In this document: piece after piece, positions 26,572-39,388 of the stretch
How positions within the stretch are numbered: position 1 is the first letter of the stretch
Layout: the number at the start of each line of letters is the position of its first letter
From: Folioceros fuciformis
Lineage: Eukaryota
Assembly: GCA_049999805.1 (NCBI GenBank)
Contig: JBNGIO010006348.1
Location: 263,897-319,051, forward strand
Direction of reading: 5' to 3'
Length of the DNA: 55,155 nt
Translations under genes and position numbers: made by a program
The notes under the pieces: generated by a model
The model's input: the letters and a program-made list of their open reading frames with translations, nothing else
What the model was told of the DNA's origin: nothing
Databases searched by the model: none

Positions 26572-27099
26572 TCACTCAAAAGGCGGGAAGGACATGAGAT
26601 CTCGGCCAAGCTCGGGCGAGATCGAGCATGCATCAACGAGATTGAGCGCGCATCGGGCCATCATCTTCTTGTAGGCGCGGAGAATGTCTCGGATTTCGTC
26701 CACGATGAAGGCTTCCGCGCGGTAGCCTTGCAAGGAGGAGGTCATTTCCGACACCAGCGCGGCCGCCCGCTCATTCACCTCGTCAATGAGGTGCTTGAAG
26801 TGCTCCACCTGCTGAGCGCTCCAGGTGTTGGGCCATGTCACAACCACAGCATCCTCGAGTCGCTCCAATTCCTCGGAAACGTCGAGAAGCCGCGCGCCAG
26901 CAGGGCCCGAGGCCGAGGACGGGAGATGGCAGTCCTTGAGTTGCTCAGAGTAGTGCGTTAGCAACAGCTTGGAATGCTGCCTGAAGGAGGGCGCCGCCCG
27001 CACCGCCTCCAAGGCCTCGTTGCACATCGATTGCACCCTCTCATAATGCTCCTCCAGTTCCGCGATAGCGTGCTTCCTCTTGGCTAGCCGGGTATCCAT
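26572..27099 (-). CDS. Intronless hypothetical helical protein, 175 aa
   Basis: ATG-started open frame with GC-rich third positions and amphipathic helical composition. No family recognised. Confidence 0.6.
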   Translation of the reverse strand: MDTRLAKRKHAIAELEEHYERVQSMCNEALEAVRAAPSFRQHSKLLLTHYSEQLKDCHLPSSASGPAGARLLDVSEELERLEDAVVVTWPNTWSAQQVEHFKHLIDEVNERAAALVSEMTSSLQGYRAEAFIVDEIRDILRAYKKMMARCALNLVDACSISPELGRDLMSFPPFE

Positions 27100-27608
27100 T
27101 TCTGCCCGCCTTTCCTTTATCTCCTCTGCTTTATGGCTCTAACCACTAACGCGTCTCACCCCGACCCACCCTTCATACGTACGTAGTCCAGCATACATAG
27201 ATCTTCCTAGAAAATCTCATGCCCCCAAGCCACCACATACAAATATAATTGGGCACCAGGGGTTGCTAAAGTCTCCTCCAAAGTGTCCTCAACAATCCCG
27301 ATTCCCGTTCCGTGCACAACGTTCCCGCCCGTTTCCTTTAAGCGTTTCAAGCCTTCTCACCCATGAATACATACATATGTAGTATGTTCCTCCCTCCGTA
27401 TACAGACATGGGAAAGATCGAGATGCTAGTATAGAAATTAAACAAATCCTAACAGGCGAGGACAAAGGCGAAGCTGGGCTGCGCTGTGATGGGCTGGGCT
27501 AGGCTGAGTTGGCTGGGCTGGGTTGGCTTTGGTTGGGAGGCGCTCGTATGCCAACGAAACTGCTATCCAGAGAGCTACTATCATACAGGTTGAGATATGC
27601 TAAGATCT

Positions 27609-30600
27609 TCACATGCATTGATGCGAGGAGTTCGAGGGCCTGGAGGTGAGCGTCGACCATTCCATCACAGCTTCCTCCATCAACTCCTTGAAGATCATGC
27701 GCTCCAGCTCCACTCCGAGCTCGCCCACCTCGGTGCCGTAGTCCAGCCACTTCTCGCTCTTGTGGGCCAGGTCCTTCTGCAGCATAGTGTAGAGGGTGTC
27801 GCAGACGTCTTCCGAGGGAGGACACGGCAGCTGCTGAAGCTCGTTCCACACCTCTTGGATCAGACGTGGCCCTGTTGGCGGCTTCCTGAGGAGGGTAGGT
27901 GAGGGGGTTGTCACCCATGGTTGAGGGTGGAGGTATGGCTGCAACTTCTTGGCCACTATATCGTTCACGCTGTCGAAGAGCAGGCGTCTGTCCATCACCT
28001 CCTGTTCGCTTTTCCTCAACATTTCTATCCTGAATGCCTCATCAAAGTGACCCTTGGCGTCGCGTTTCCCCCCGCGCAGCCTCTTTTTTTCTTCCGATCT
28101 GTCGAAGAGTTCTGGGTCCATGGCGAAGGATGGGGAATGCCAGGAAAGGATAAGCTCTTTCTCTTCTGTCAAGCCCGAAGACATGAGCACGTCCCTCACA
28201 TACGCCATCTCCACCGCTTTGCTTCCCTCCAGTTGCTTGTCCTCCGCACTGGGATTTTCCAACATCAGGTACGGCACGGGGCTGAGCACCTTGCTCGCAG
28301 TAGCAGCCGGTGATAAAGTGGACTCAATTGCTGTCATGCCGGGTCGAGCATGATCGGGGACAGCTGCCACCACTCGCTCTTTGGGCAGAAATTCTGCAGG
28401 GTTCTTCTCCTCCCATGATAACTCATTCGCTAATGCTTCGAGTCTCAGAGTCAACTGGGCATCTGCAAGAGGAAATAAAGTGACGGGTCAGACGACAGGG
28501 CACAAATAGGACATGCACAACGCACTAATTCCATACTTCATATTTCGTGCCACACTCACCTTTCAAACTCACTACGTTTTTGTTCACAGCTCTTGGCGAA
28601 TGTTCCTCATCGTGAAAAGGTGCGTCAAGAATTGACACAGGGCTCGGCTGCTCAGCTCCCTCTGCGATGGCTTCGCCTAAGTATTTCACATCACCTTGGT
28701 TTAGAAGGACGCTAGTAATAGCAGAATACGCTCCTCCCGTAAGGCTTTTCACACTTTGACTGTATTCTTGCTCATACTTGTCCACAGAGATCTGATCAAG
28801 CACAAACGCTGACACCATAAGAGTAGCCCAAAAATGCAGAAACAGATCATAATTGTACAAGGTCTTGATACACAAAAGATCACGAAGACTTCCGAAACAA
28901 ACCTCACCTCAGGATACGGGAGAGAGCTAGCCAGGTCTTCTAAAGACCTGATATCACAACAGTGGTCTTTCGCCTCTTCAGCATTCGGCCGAACGCTTGA
29001 GGGCCTGGCCAACTCGTTCGCATTCTGGTTCTTGGCGGGAGATGATCCAATCGATTGCTGTTGAACTAAACCTTTCCTTGTGGTGGGCGAAGACTTGTTC
29101 CCTACTAGAAGCTGCTCATCAGTTTTGGCTTGAAGGCTGCCAGTTTCGACAACCGGTTGCTGCCTGCCGGAAGGGGAAGCACTATGGTCAGCTACCCTGG
29201 AGAACGACAGGTCTCTGCTCCCAACGCTTGCTCTTCTGCTGGCAGCTGCTTCACTGTCAGACCAGGAACCACTATACCTTCCTCTTTCACTAGTCTTTCC
29301 AGAGACCCTAAGGCGGGGGCTCTCGGGTGACGGAACGTGCGAGCTCCTCCCACCGCCACCCTCCACAACAGGCACGGATGACTGGGTTCCGATATCAGAG
29401 GAGCATCGTCGAAGAACTTTCCTGGGGTCTGTGTCAACGCTCCTCCTAGTGGCTGCCTCAGGCTCCCTCATGGACTGCGACCTTTGGCTCTGCGTGGTGG
29501 AAGACTTTAACTTCCTACCATTCTCAACAGTCTTGGCACCAGTACTGGTAGTGTTCTTGGACGCAGCACTCTGTTGCCTCACACTGGCTGCATCCTTCAC
29601 TGGTGCTGCTCGACCTTTCGATGCGGGAGCACCGGCTGGTGGCTTTCCGCCTTTCAGAGCCTGCCTAGGCTCAACTGCAGAAGGCGGCTGCTGCACCGTC
29701 TTGGTTACATTCAGGCGCTCCCGACGCTTCCTGAAAGTCATGGTTTCCTCTGCATTGAACTTGCTGATGGGTTCCCTGGGAGCTGCAATGGGAGAAAGGC
29801 CCTGGTGGCCCCTTACACCTTTCAAACTTCCACTAGGCGCCGATGCCTTCACAGAGTTCGACGTACGGACTCCTCTGGAGCTCACTGAGGCATTCTGCCC
29901 CACCTTAGCTTTACTCACACCCTGTTGCTTTGAAACTGGTTTCATAACAACTATAGAGGCCTCAGTGGATAAGAGGCCACTGTTTCCAGCTTTTCCATAC
30001 TGGGGGATCGCCTTTCCTGCATCAATTGAAAGTTCGATCATGTTGTCCTGGGAATCCCTCATCTGCTGGTATGCCCGCATATCTTGAATTGCTTTCATAT
30101 CCTGTATAGATTTCATCCTCGGAGACTGGTCACCGTTATAAGGTGATTCATGTTTGGAATAGTACCCCGAGTAATAGTTATGCGATGGAGCTTTGGTCTG
30201 CATCGGTTCTGCCTGCCTGTCGGATTCCATTCGAGGTGGGTGTAATAACCCCTTCAGCTGCATGGCCTCCAAAATCTGCCTGAGTGTCTTCCTTTCTTGT
30301 TGCGAATTTTTCACCCTCAACTGCTGAAGCCGCTGCTCCAATTCGCCGAGGAGGGTGTTGCTTGATTGCTGCTGCTTCTTCACCTCTTCGGAGTGCTTCA
30401 ACACGGTGAGAATAGCCTCGGGAAACTGCTTCTGCAGTTGCGCATACTTGAACTGGGAAATTTCCCTCACGTCATGTTGCTTGGGTGCCGGTGGCATTGC
30501 TTCCGTGAAATTCCTGGATGCTGAAGGATGAAACTTGCCGGAAACATTTGAACCTGAGTCATGTGACCTCCAACCAGCTGCTCCCGTCTCCTGCCCGCGC

Positions 30601-32642
30601 TTGTAAGCCATAAAGCTGTCTGGTACGGCATCGCTCACCTTGGACGAGGGCGGGATGAAATCCTGCTTCGCACCCAGGGTATGCTTCACAGGATACTCCG
30701 AATCAGACAGCTTTCGAGAACCAAAGTTCTTATTACCAGAGGGTAAGAAGGAATCCTCCTGCATCTTCGACGGCCTCTGAGAGAATGGCTTGGGCTCGAT
30801 AACTTGCTTCGTCTGCGACTGCTCTAGAGGCTTGTACTGCAATAGCTCTTGTAACAACTTCGCTTCGGTAGAAGGCTTTTTCACAGAAGTAGCAATTGGC
30901 GGAGGCCTCTGTTGAGGCAGAGGAGCAGGGTCGGGAAGTTCCTCCAGACCCATCAGACGAGCTACAACATTAGGAACCCTCTTCTTCACATCAGTACTCC
31001 CTTGATAGCCGGACTCCGACAACCCTGGTGGTTTCAACGCCTTCTTCCCCACTGTAGGGGCCCTCTGAGCGTCACTAAAAATGCCTAACTGAACATCTCT
31101 CGTACTGAGAGAATCAGATGAAGTCCGGGACGACCTGGAATCAACCGAAGACCTGCCAAAATCTCTCGATTGCAGGAAGCCGGATGAAGTCTCCCGCAGC
31201 TGAAGACTGGCAAGGAGCAAGTCCCTCTGGTCCAAAGAATGCCTTGGAGCATCCCTTCCATCAGCAGACAGACGAGGAGGCTCTCGACCACCCCGCTGCG
31301 AAGTTCTAGAATCAAGCGAATACCGAGGGGCCTCCCGACCATCAAACGAGAACCTGGGCCCATCCTTAGCCGCAGACAACCTCGGTAGCTCCTTCAGATC
31401 AAGAGAAGATCTGGGCGCATCCCTGCCATCAACAGAAAGCCTGCCGGCATCCCGGCTGTACTTCCCACTCAAGGCCTTGAGCGACTCCTTGAAATCCATA
31501 GCAGACCGCGCACCCTCCTTCACATCCGACGAGACTCGAGCTAAGTCCTTGAAATTCTTTGCATTAGACGCTCTGGAAGACTCCTTCCGCTCCCCCGCAA
31601 CCCTGACTGGTTCCCGGCCGTCGAAGGACATCTTCGGCGTATCTTGCCTGGAAACACTGCTGGCCCGGGCAGAGTCCCGCACATCCACTGACACCCTGGC
31701 AGCTTCATGGCCGTCAACAGAAATTCTAGCCGAATCTCTATTAAACGACGCCCGCACGACCTCCCGGATGTCCATGGAGGGACGCCCATGCTCGCGCGAG
31801 TCGTAAGACGCCCTCGGTTGGTCCTTCAAACCAGGCCCCGGTTTCATAAGCCCGTCCTTTGCCGTGAGCCCGGCAAACGAATTCCGCGGCGCATCCCTCG
31901 CCGTCTCCGCGGACGAGCGTGGCGTATCCTTGATGTAGAAAGACAGCCTGGGAGCATCTTTTGAGTCGAGAGACCCCCTCCCTGGCTCCAGCTTCGTTTC
32001 AGCGGCCCCCCTCGGCACGTCCTTCGAAAATGAATGCTCCCTGTCCTCATAAGACGAGGACCTGGCCTCCACAGCATCGGACGCCTTCTGAGACCCCGAC
32101 GAATCGAGCGAGAGCCGGTCGTCCGTAAACTGCGCCACAAATGAGCAACGACAAAAAGATCAATCAAAGCAACAAGAATGAAACACAGCAAAGCCTCCGC
32201 CTCCGCCACTGCTACTGCTACTTTCCTCCAAGGTGAAGCGATCGGGAACGCAGGTCCCAGCGCAGCACTCACCGACGTGAAGGCAGTCGGTCCACTTCCC
32301 TCAAATCGAGGACTCCCGCAGCTTGAAGTGGGCAACGAGCGGGCTGTTCACGAAGAGAACGAGAAGCGAAGAGTTCAACAGAAGAAGAAACTCCTAAAAT
32401 CCTGTACTGGTAATGACGACAAAGTTCGACGAGGAAGGCAAGTTGCAAATGTGCACTACAAGTAGCAGGACACAAGCTTCCTACAGTACAAGCTTACCTC
32501 CAGACACGAGCCGCCTGTGACCATACCGCCTTCCTGTTATGGCCTGATGCCTGTCGAAGATTTGGAGTATCCCAGTCATACAGCCAATTTCCTTCTCCAA
32601 CTGCGGGTCCTCCGACAAAGCCTTCAGAATCTTTGCAGACAT
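27609..32642 (-). CDS. LNG: LONGIFOLIA-like TON1-recruiting motif (TRM) protein, about 1507 aa. Exons 32642-32498, 32343-32273, 32129-28908, 28791-28560, 28462-27609
   Basis: N-terminal LEKEIGCMTGILQIFDRH, NVVARLMGLEELP, LRQILEAMQLKGLL, IVVMKP, EQPSPVSILD, and a C-terminal DUF4378-type region (YVRDVLMSSGL..RRLLFDSVND..ELERMIFKELMEE). All four introns are GT-AG and phase-compatible; total 4524 nt. Confidence 0.93.
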
Positions 32643-33897
32643 TTTAATAAACCGGCCGGCCGGCAGCAACCACTACGTCACCCCAGCTCCAGCTCCTCCA
32701 CTGTCTCGCTCCCCTACTAAAAAACAAACTCTCCCTCCGCTACACCTTGAGCTCGACAGATCACGCGCCAGTCACAGATGAAAGCGCGGAAACGCAGACA
32801 AGTTGCGCATCCGAGTCCAGACAACTCCCCTAGCCCGGGGAGCTGCAGCTGTTGCATCAAAGCCCCGACAAATCTGTGCTCCTTTCCGCTCAAGGTCCGC
32901 AGACCTACTCCTTCCGGCACGTTCCAGCTGCTCCTCCGCTCCAGGGCAAAGGTCCTGCAGGCGATGCTGCTCAAGAAGTAGGCACAAAAGGAGAAGAAGG
33001 AGAACGGGACGGCGCAAGTCCGTGTATCGAAGAAGCGAAGAATCACATAATATTTTTCACGGCAGCTCGAGCTGCACGAGCATCATAAACTTCCTCCAAC
33101 TGATCTGTACAAGAGGGGTCTGCTTCCTCTCCCGCAATGCCGCGCTGCAGGGAAGGCAAGCCCTCCTCTGCGTCTTGCGCTTCCTCTTCAGCCGCGCTGC
33201 TGAGATCTGGAAGTGTGACACAGAAATTGCGCTCCTGCTTCTCCCGGGATAGCAGAGGGACGCAATGCGGGTGAGGGCGATCCAGGCATGAGCTGTGGTC
33301 CCAGGCGCTGAGGCCGGGGGCCCGCGGGGGGGTAGCTGCAGGATGGTGGTGGAACGGCGGCCGCGCGCGGCTGCGGCCGAGGGGGAAGGGTTGCTGCGAG
33401 ATCCGAGCGCGACGGAGGAGGAGTCATCGACAGGTGAAGATGCGGGGGGCGGGGGCGGGGCGGGTGGGTCCGGGAGCGTGATGGGGCTGGGCTGGCTGGC
33501 GCCTGTGCGGCAGCAGGCACACTGCACTGAAGTGTCTCCCCCTCCTCACGCTCAGCGCCAGCCGAGCCGTGCATCATATCTCTCTCCATGTCCCGGGACT
33601 CTCGCCATGTGCAGCACATAACCCCTGGTCAGGCCCCCGGTTAGGTCACACGGGCGTACCATTATTGGGCAGCGCCACCGGCCACCGGCTACCGGCTGCG
33701 GGCGACGGAGACGGCCTCCGCCATCCTCGTGGCGGGCCGGCACAGGCGCACTTCCCCAGACCTCTTCCTCCCCTCAACTGCCTGACCTACTCCCCGGATT
33801 TGACGTCGGGTCCGTCGTTAGGCTCATAAATGACCTCCCAAAGTGGTATTCCATTTTTCAAATTCGAATGTTCGTCAGATGAAAAACATAAAGTGAG

Positions 33898-33970
33898 CGC
33901 CGCCCGGGGGGCTCGAACCCCCGACCACAAGGTTAAGAGCCTTGCGCTCTACCGACTGAGCTAGGGCGGC
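33898..33970 (-). tRNA. tRNA-Lys (anticodon CUU)
   Basis: GCCGCCCTAGCTCAGTCGGTAGAGCGCAAGGCTCTTAACCTTGTGGTCGGGGGTTCGAGCCCCCCGGGCGGCG folds into a complete cloverleaf with A and B boxes. CAA and TATA-like motifs lie upstream and a T-run terminator downstream. Confidence 0.97.
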
Positions 33971-34471
33971 TCATATTGTTGAGCCTACAGTTCTTTATAA
34001 TGGAATCTTTTAATAATAATGATGAAGAGGCAGGGCAACCCACGTCGTCGGTGCACGTCGTGGTGTGGCCACGACCCGGCCCGTTCCCGTGACTTGATGT
34101 GGCCTGCCCTCCCCTGCTCATCATCATGACATGCCATGCCCCACCAAACCGGGTGGGCTTGCCGGACATTCTTGCTCGCTGCATAGCGAAATGGCCAAGA
34201 CAACATAAAACCCCTAAGGAGTCGTCTCACCAGCGTCTCACGTGTCGCTGACAGAGGAACATGCCGGCCCCCGGAAGCCCCAATCACGGGCCCGGGATCT
34301 GCCCCGGGACCCGCCTTGCGCATGTGCGCGCCATAAATGCTGGCTTCGAACGGAACGGGCGAACGAGAAAGATAACTAGAACGGGAGGCGGGAACGGGGC
34401 ACGTCGCCCTCCCCGTTCGGTCGGGCTTCTTGTCCGACACTCGCACCAGACAGTTACATGTTTCCTGGTGG

Positions 34472-34483
34472 CGGACGAGGACC

Positions 34484-34514
<31 letters not shown>

Positions 34515-34575
34515 CGACGAGGATGCGGACGCGGAAGGGAACGGGAGCAGAGGACGACGGGAGGACGGGGGACGG
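34472..34575. repeat. (GACGRG)n hexamer microsatellite
   Basis: gacgaggaccaggacggggacgaggacggggacggggacggcgacgag... Confidence 0.8.
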
Positions 34576-37500
34576 TCACGAGTCACCACGACACGGCACG
34601 GCACGGCAGAGCAGGGCGGGGCAGGGAAGGGCAGGGCAGGCTGTGCACTTGTCGTGACGGGATGGCGATGCCTGCAGGCTGCAGGGGCCGTGTCCGAATT
34701 AACGGGGGTTTACACGGTCCAGGCCATGTGCTAAGGGGTGCACTGTGTCCCGGTTCACGTGCCTCTGACAGGAGCGAGTCCAGGCAAGAGTGAGGGATGA
34801 GGTGCAGGCCTCGCAGGGGATGATCATTGGGAGCCTGGATTTCTCGAGTCTGAGTACCTGCACATGGAAACTGCAATGGGGAAGGAATGGGCCAGGCTCT
34901 GCAGAGGAAGGGGGGGAGGTAGAGCATGCACCGTGGTGGTGGCGCTGGTGCTGGTGCACGCAAGGGCGGCTCGCCTCGGGCCGAGGGCAGATAGCGCGTG
35001 CAGGGCTACTGGACTCGCCCAACGGCAGCCCCAGCGCAATCCCCTCCTCGGCGTGGCAAAGATACGCTTCAGAGCTCATGGCGGGGGGGATCGGGTTTCG
35101 GGATCCTTGGACTGGCCTGGCCTGGCCTGCCAGGCCTCGCCTGCGTCACAGTCCTCTGTCCTGTCCAACAGGCCACCTCCTCAAATATCACAGACCCTGC
35201 AGAATGTTGTTCGGCTTTTGGGTCAGCAAGATGCAACAAGCAACAGGCAACCAAGAGACGGGAGGCTCAGTATTGTAGAGCTGGTGGGATGGAAGCACCT
35301 GGTCTTCCGACGGGGGAGAGTCATGTCCAAAGGCATTCAATGCCCAGGGCCAGTCGCCAGTCCCTTGTCGTCACGTCGACCAAAGGCAGCCGGGATGTAC
35401 ACACGTATGTACACACATACAAACAGTGTGGCAGTGGGCTGGTTACCATGGGTGCTGTGAGTGACGTACCCAGTACGCTCTTACTGTTGTGTGTAAGGAA
35501 TCCACATCGTTGCAGCCGGGATGTCATATATTGGCAACCGCTATCCACTGCAAATCCACTTCACCTGCTACACACAGGAATGCATATGGGGGATTATATA
35601 TATGGGTAGAGGTTCAGGCGAAGAACATAGGAATGGTGTGACTGGCTTGCAGGTCAGGCCAGTCTTCTGCAGCAGCACTACGCCCCCACTCTCTCTGCAC
35701 ACAAACCAACAAAGCACAGCACAAAGGCATTGCAACAGACCTGCCATACTGCTGCCACCACAATCCGAGGACCCCGCTTCCGTGCCTAGGATGCCCGCCC
35801 CCCGACTCTGCGGGGGCCTGAACCTTCTGCGATGAGGAGGAGGAGCAGAGGGGGCAGGAGTGGGAGGTCTGGAGTCTGGAAGGTAGGAAGTTGACCTGGT
35901 GGTGGGATCCAGCATGCTGGCCAAGAGACAAGTGAAAACTGTTCCTCTTATCCCGCTTTATAAAAAAAAAATCTGCTTCACAGCTGCAGGCCAATGCACG
36001 GGTGCCAGCGCCAGGGGCCATTCTTGAACTGAGGAGGCCTCCACTGGCAGGAATATTTTCACACTCCTTTACCGTACCATCCATTTCTTATGCATTTCAC
36101 ACTGTGGAGCAAGCACAAAGTTACAAGCACGGTCCTGGCTGGCTGGGTTGGCTGGGCTACCGTGTTGCTGCTTCGCCTCCCTCGGAGCTAACCCACACAA
36201 AACAAAACGCTCTTGCTAAGAGACGCTTTCCAGAAGCTCAAGCCAACAGGCCATGTGCGTGGCATGAGTGCGTCCAACTTTCTCCTGCTCTGTCTCATGT
36301 GCCTTTGTCCGAATAGTGCCCTACATCCCCCTCCCCCGTTCACACTGCTCTCCCCTGACCAGACCATTCCCGGCACCATAAAAGTAAGCAAGCGTTTGAT
36401 GCACTTGCTTCCAGCAGGAGTCCTGATTGGCATGTCCCCCAACGACTGCTCACGCCGAGTCACAGGCGCGGTTCGAGGATGATGGAGATCTGTTACCCTG
36501 GAACACTCGAGCTACGTATGTCAAACACACTCGAATCCGGCATCATGAACAAGCCCTGCTCACCTCACCCTTTCCCCGTGCCCCCTGAAGGAGACAAATT
36601 AGCATAGATGATCATCCAGCGTGCAATGTACCTCCTTCCCAATGCCATCGTTCCTGCCTGCTGTTGCCTGCTGGCAAACCGGAAACCTTTTTGACTCTCC
36701 GCCCTCCCCGCCACAGTACACCATCATCAGCATATGTAAAAAGCTACAGTATTGCATGACAGCAGTCCTAATCCCACAATATAATACACTTCCTTCTCAC
36801 CATCTGTTCGTGTCCCTTGTTGACCTACCAAGCTTGCCATCCTGTGGCATCCCCCATTCCCCACACCCCGGCCCCTTATCCACAAACGCATGAATCGGTC
36901 TTCTGTTCTGAATCCAGAGAATCCTTCTCTAAAGAAACCACATCCTTCCCTCACTTTTCCCGATTACTACCCGATTAACCCGGCCCTCTTCAAACGCAAG
37001 AGCTAGGGTTTGGCTGTCACCTTTCTTTTCACAGTGCAGTACTGCTCCCGGAAGTGCGCGGATCCATATCCCGAAAAGCAGACCCGCCAGAAGCAGCGGC
37101 AATGAAAACAGGCTCGGCCATCATGCCAACAGTTCGGAATTCAAACCTGCAGCCCGCAATTTGCACCAGTCCTTTAGTGCGAGCAGCAGGAACATTCTAA
37201 TCCCGGTCCACAGAAACCCGCCAGATGGAAAGGCGTTGCACGAGTGACTCGGGCAGCGTGCGAAGACATGCGGATTTGAAGCAGGCCAGCCATCCCCCGT
37301 AACCTGTGTATTTAGCCTAGCCGGTGCCCGCACCTCCCGAGCCTGCTTTGCCTGCCTCCTGCTGTGCCAACACAGCGCTGCGCGCATGCAAAAGGCAGCA
37401 TTTGGACTACGCTTCTCTTCCTGCATCTCCTTCCTGTTAGGCACCGACCATGCACGGCTCACGAATCACGACTCACGACTCACGGGATGGATGCATTGCA

Positions 37501-37989
37501 TTGTCAAAATTCATGCATGTATGTACATCCACATGCGGTCTCGCCTTTCCGAGACAGCATCAACGGCCTCTTCTGAGCGGAATTAATAATATACTATTCT
37601 CATTTCGTTTTAGTGACGAAACGGCCTACCTCATCCGCGGGCTCCACTTCTCGTTGCCCCACTCCTTTAATCATGCGAAGTGGGGCCCTTTTTGGCCCTT
37701 TCTCGATGCAGGCGTCACATATCGTTGCTTTTCATTGCTTTCCGAAATGATATGAATGCGTCTCATGTACATATTTTGTCGTCCATGTTCCAGGCCCAGG
37801 CCCAGGCCCAGGGCCAGGCGCGTTCAAACAGACCTGTGGGTGCCAAAAATCATGTGCTTCCCCCTTCCGGGGAGAAGAGTAAGGGGACGTCACTCTTTGT
37901 ACAATATGTGCGTTGATTCCATGGCGCCCAAAGCCCACCGAAAGACAAAGATGGCGACAGACGCTCAGGTTGTGGAACAGCACACCACA

Positions 37990-38295
37990 TCGCCCCAAGT
38001 GCTTGGTGAAGAAAAACAAGTCTATTATACTCCACTTGGACCGCACAACAACAAACTAGAACGGCCCAAGTGCTTCAGCAAGAAGCAAAAGAAGTCTAGT
38101 GAAGTGCATCTGGACCCAACAACAACAAACTAAAGAATGGCCCAAATGCTGCAAGAAGAAAAAAAAATGTCTACTCCAGTCCACTTGGATTGATCCGGAA
38201 CAAATGGCCCAAGTGCTCAAGAAGAATAAAAAGCCTGCTACAGTCCACTTGGATTGAACAACAACAAACTAAGGATGGCCCAAGCGATGCAACAA
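37990..38295. repeat. Degenerate tandem repeat of about 70 bp, 4-5 copies
   Basis: Units of gcccaagtgct..aagaa..gtcta..tccacttgga..aacaacaaacta. Confidence 0.8.
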
Positions 38296-38574
38296 TGAAA
38301 ACAAGACAAACTAGAACATGTGCAGAGACTCAAGGGGATTTAACTATCTAGTAGGCCAAAACTGATGAGCACATGCAAGATCTAGTGCACTGCCACACAC
38401 CAAGTACATTTTTGGTGATATCCCGCAGACAATAGGTTTGTGGAATGTATTGTGTACTTTGTTGCCCACTAGCACGTGTACCTTTGCTGCGAATTTGCTG
38501 CGAAAGCAAAGGAACCTCATAGGTGTGCAGTTGTGTGCACCAATTTGCTTCCAAAATCAATGGGTCTCACATGT

Positions 38575-38880
38575 GTGCAGTTGTGTGTACCAATTGGCTT
38601 CTAAAATCAATAGACATGAAAACAGTTGTGTGTACCAATTAGCTTCAAAAAACAATAGGCATGAAAGCAATTGTGTGTACCAATTGGCTTCTAGAATCAA
38701 TAGGCATCAAAGCAACTGTGTGTACCAATTGGCTTCTAGAATCAATAGGCATCAAAGCAACTATGTGTACCAATTGGCTTCTAGAATCAATAGGCATCAA
38801 AGCAACTTTGTGTACCAAATGGCTTCCTGAATCAATAGACAGCAAAGCAATTGTGTGTACCAATTGGCTTTCAGATCAAT
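38575..38880. repeat. 45-bp tandem repeat, about 7 copies
   Basis: Unit tgtgtgtaccaattggcttctagaatcaataggcatcaaagcaac. Confidence 0.95.
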
Positions 38881-38961
38881 GGGAATCAAAGTCATCTACC
38901 TTTGGTTGTTATTAGAGTTAATGGTGTGAAAGAAATGTAATCACAGCTATGGTTGTACACG

Positions 38962-39205
38962 TCATAAGCCTGCAGCAATGTGATAAGCATGCAGCAACGT
39001 GATAAGCCTGCAGCAACGTAATAAGCCTACAGCAACGTAATAAGCATGCAGCAACGTAATAAGCCTGCAGCAACGTAATAAGCTTGCAGCAACGTAATAA
39101 GCCTACAGCAACGTAATAAGCCTGCAGCAACGTAATAAGCCTGCAGCAACGTAATAAGCCTGCAGTAACGTAATAAGCCTACAGCAACGTGATAGGGCTG
39201 CAGCA
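38962..39205. repeat. 19-bp tandem repeat, about 13 copies
   Basis: Unit gcagcaacgtaataagcct. Confidence 0.95.
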
Positions 39206-39388
39206 ACATGGTTTCTTTGCATTGCAACCATGAATAAGGACACACAAGCTTACACCACAAATGCAGCAACATGGTTTCTTTGCATTGCAACCATGAATAA
39301 GGACACACAAGCTTACACCACAAATGCAGCAACATGGTTTCTCTGCATTGCAACCATGAATAAGGACACACAAGCTTAGACCACAAAT
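39199..39388. repeat. 63-bp tandem repeat, 3 copies
   Basis: Unit gcagcaacatggtttctttgcattgcaaccatgaataaggacacacaagcttacaccacaaat. Confidence 0.95.

Noticed and set aside
35498-35530. atccacatcg plus atatat as a plant snRNA USE/TATA promoter
   Set aside because: Imperfect match to RTCCCACATCG, spacing too short, and no snRNA recognisable downstream.
34000-37750. Conserved land-plant miRNA precursors (miR156/160/166/171/319/390/408 etc.)
   Set aside because: No mature-sequence match seen by eye; novel hairpins cannot be excluded without folding.
38575-39388. Regular short repeats as a possible CRISPR-like array
   Set aside because: Units are head-to-tail with no unique spacers, there are no cas genes, and the context is eukaryotic.
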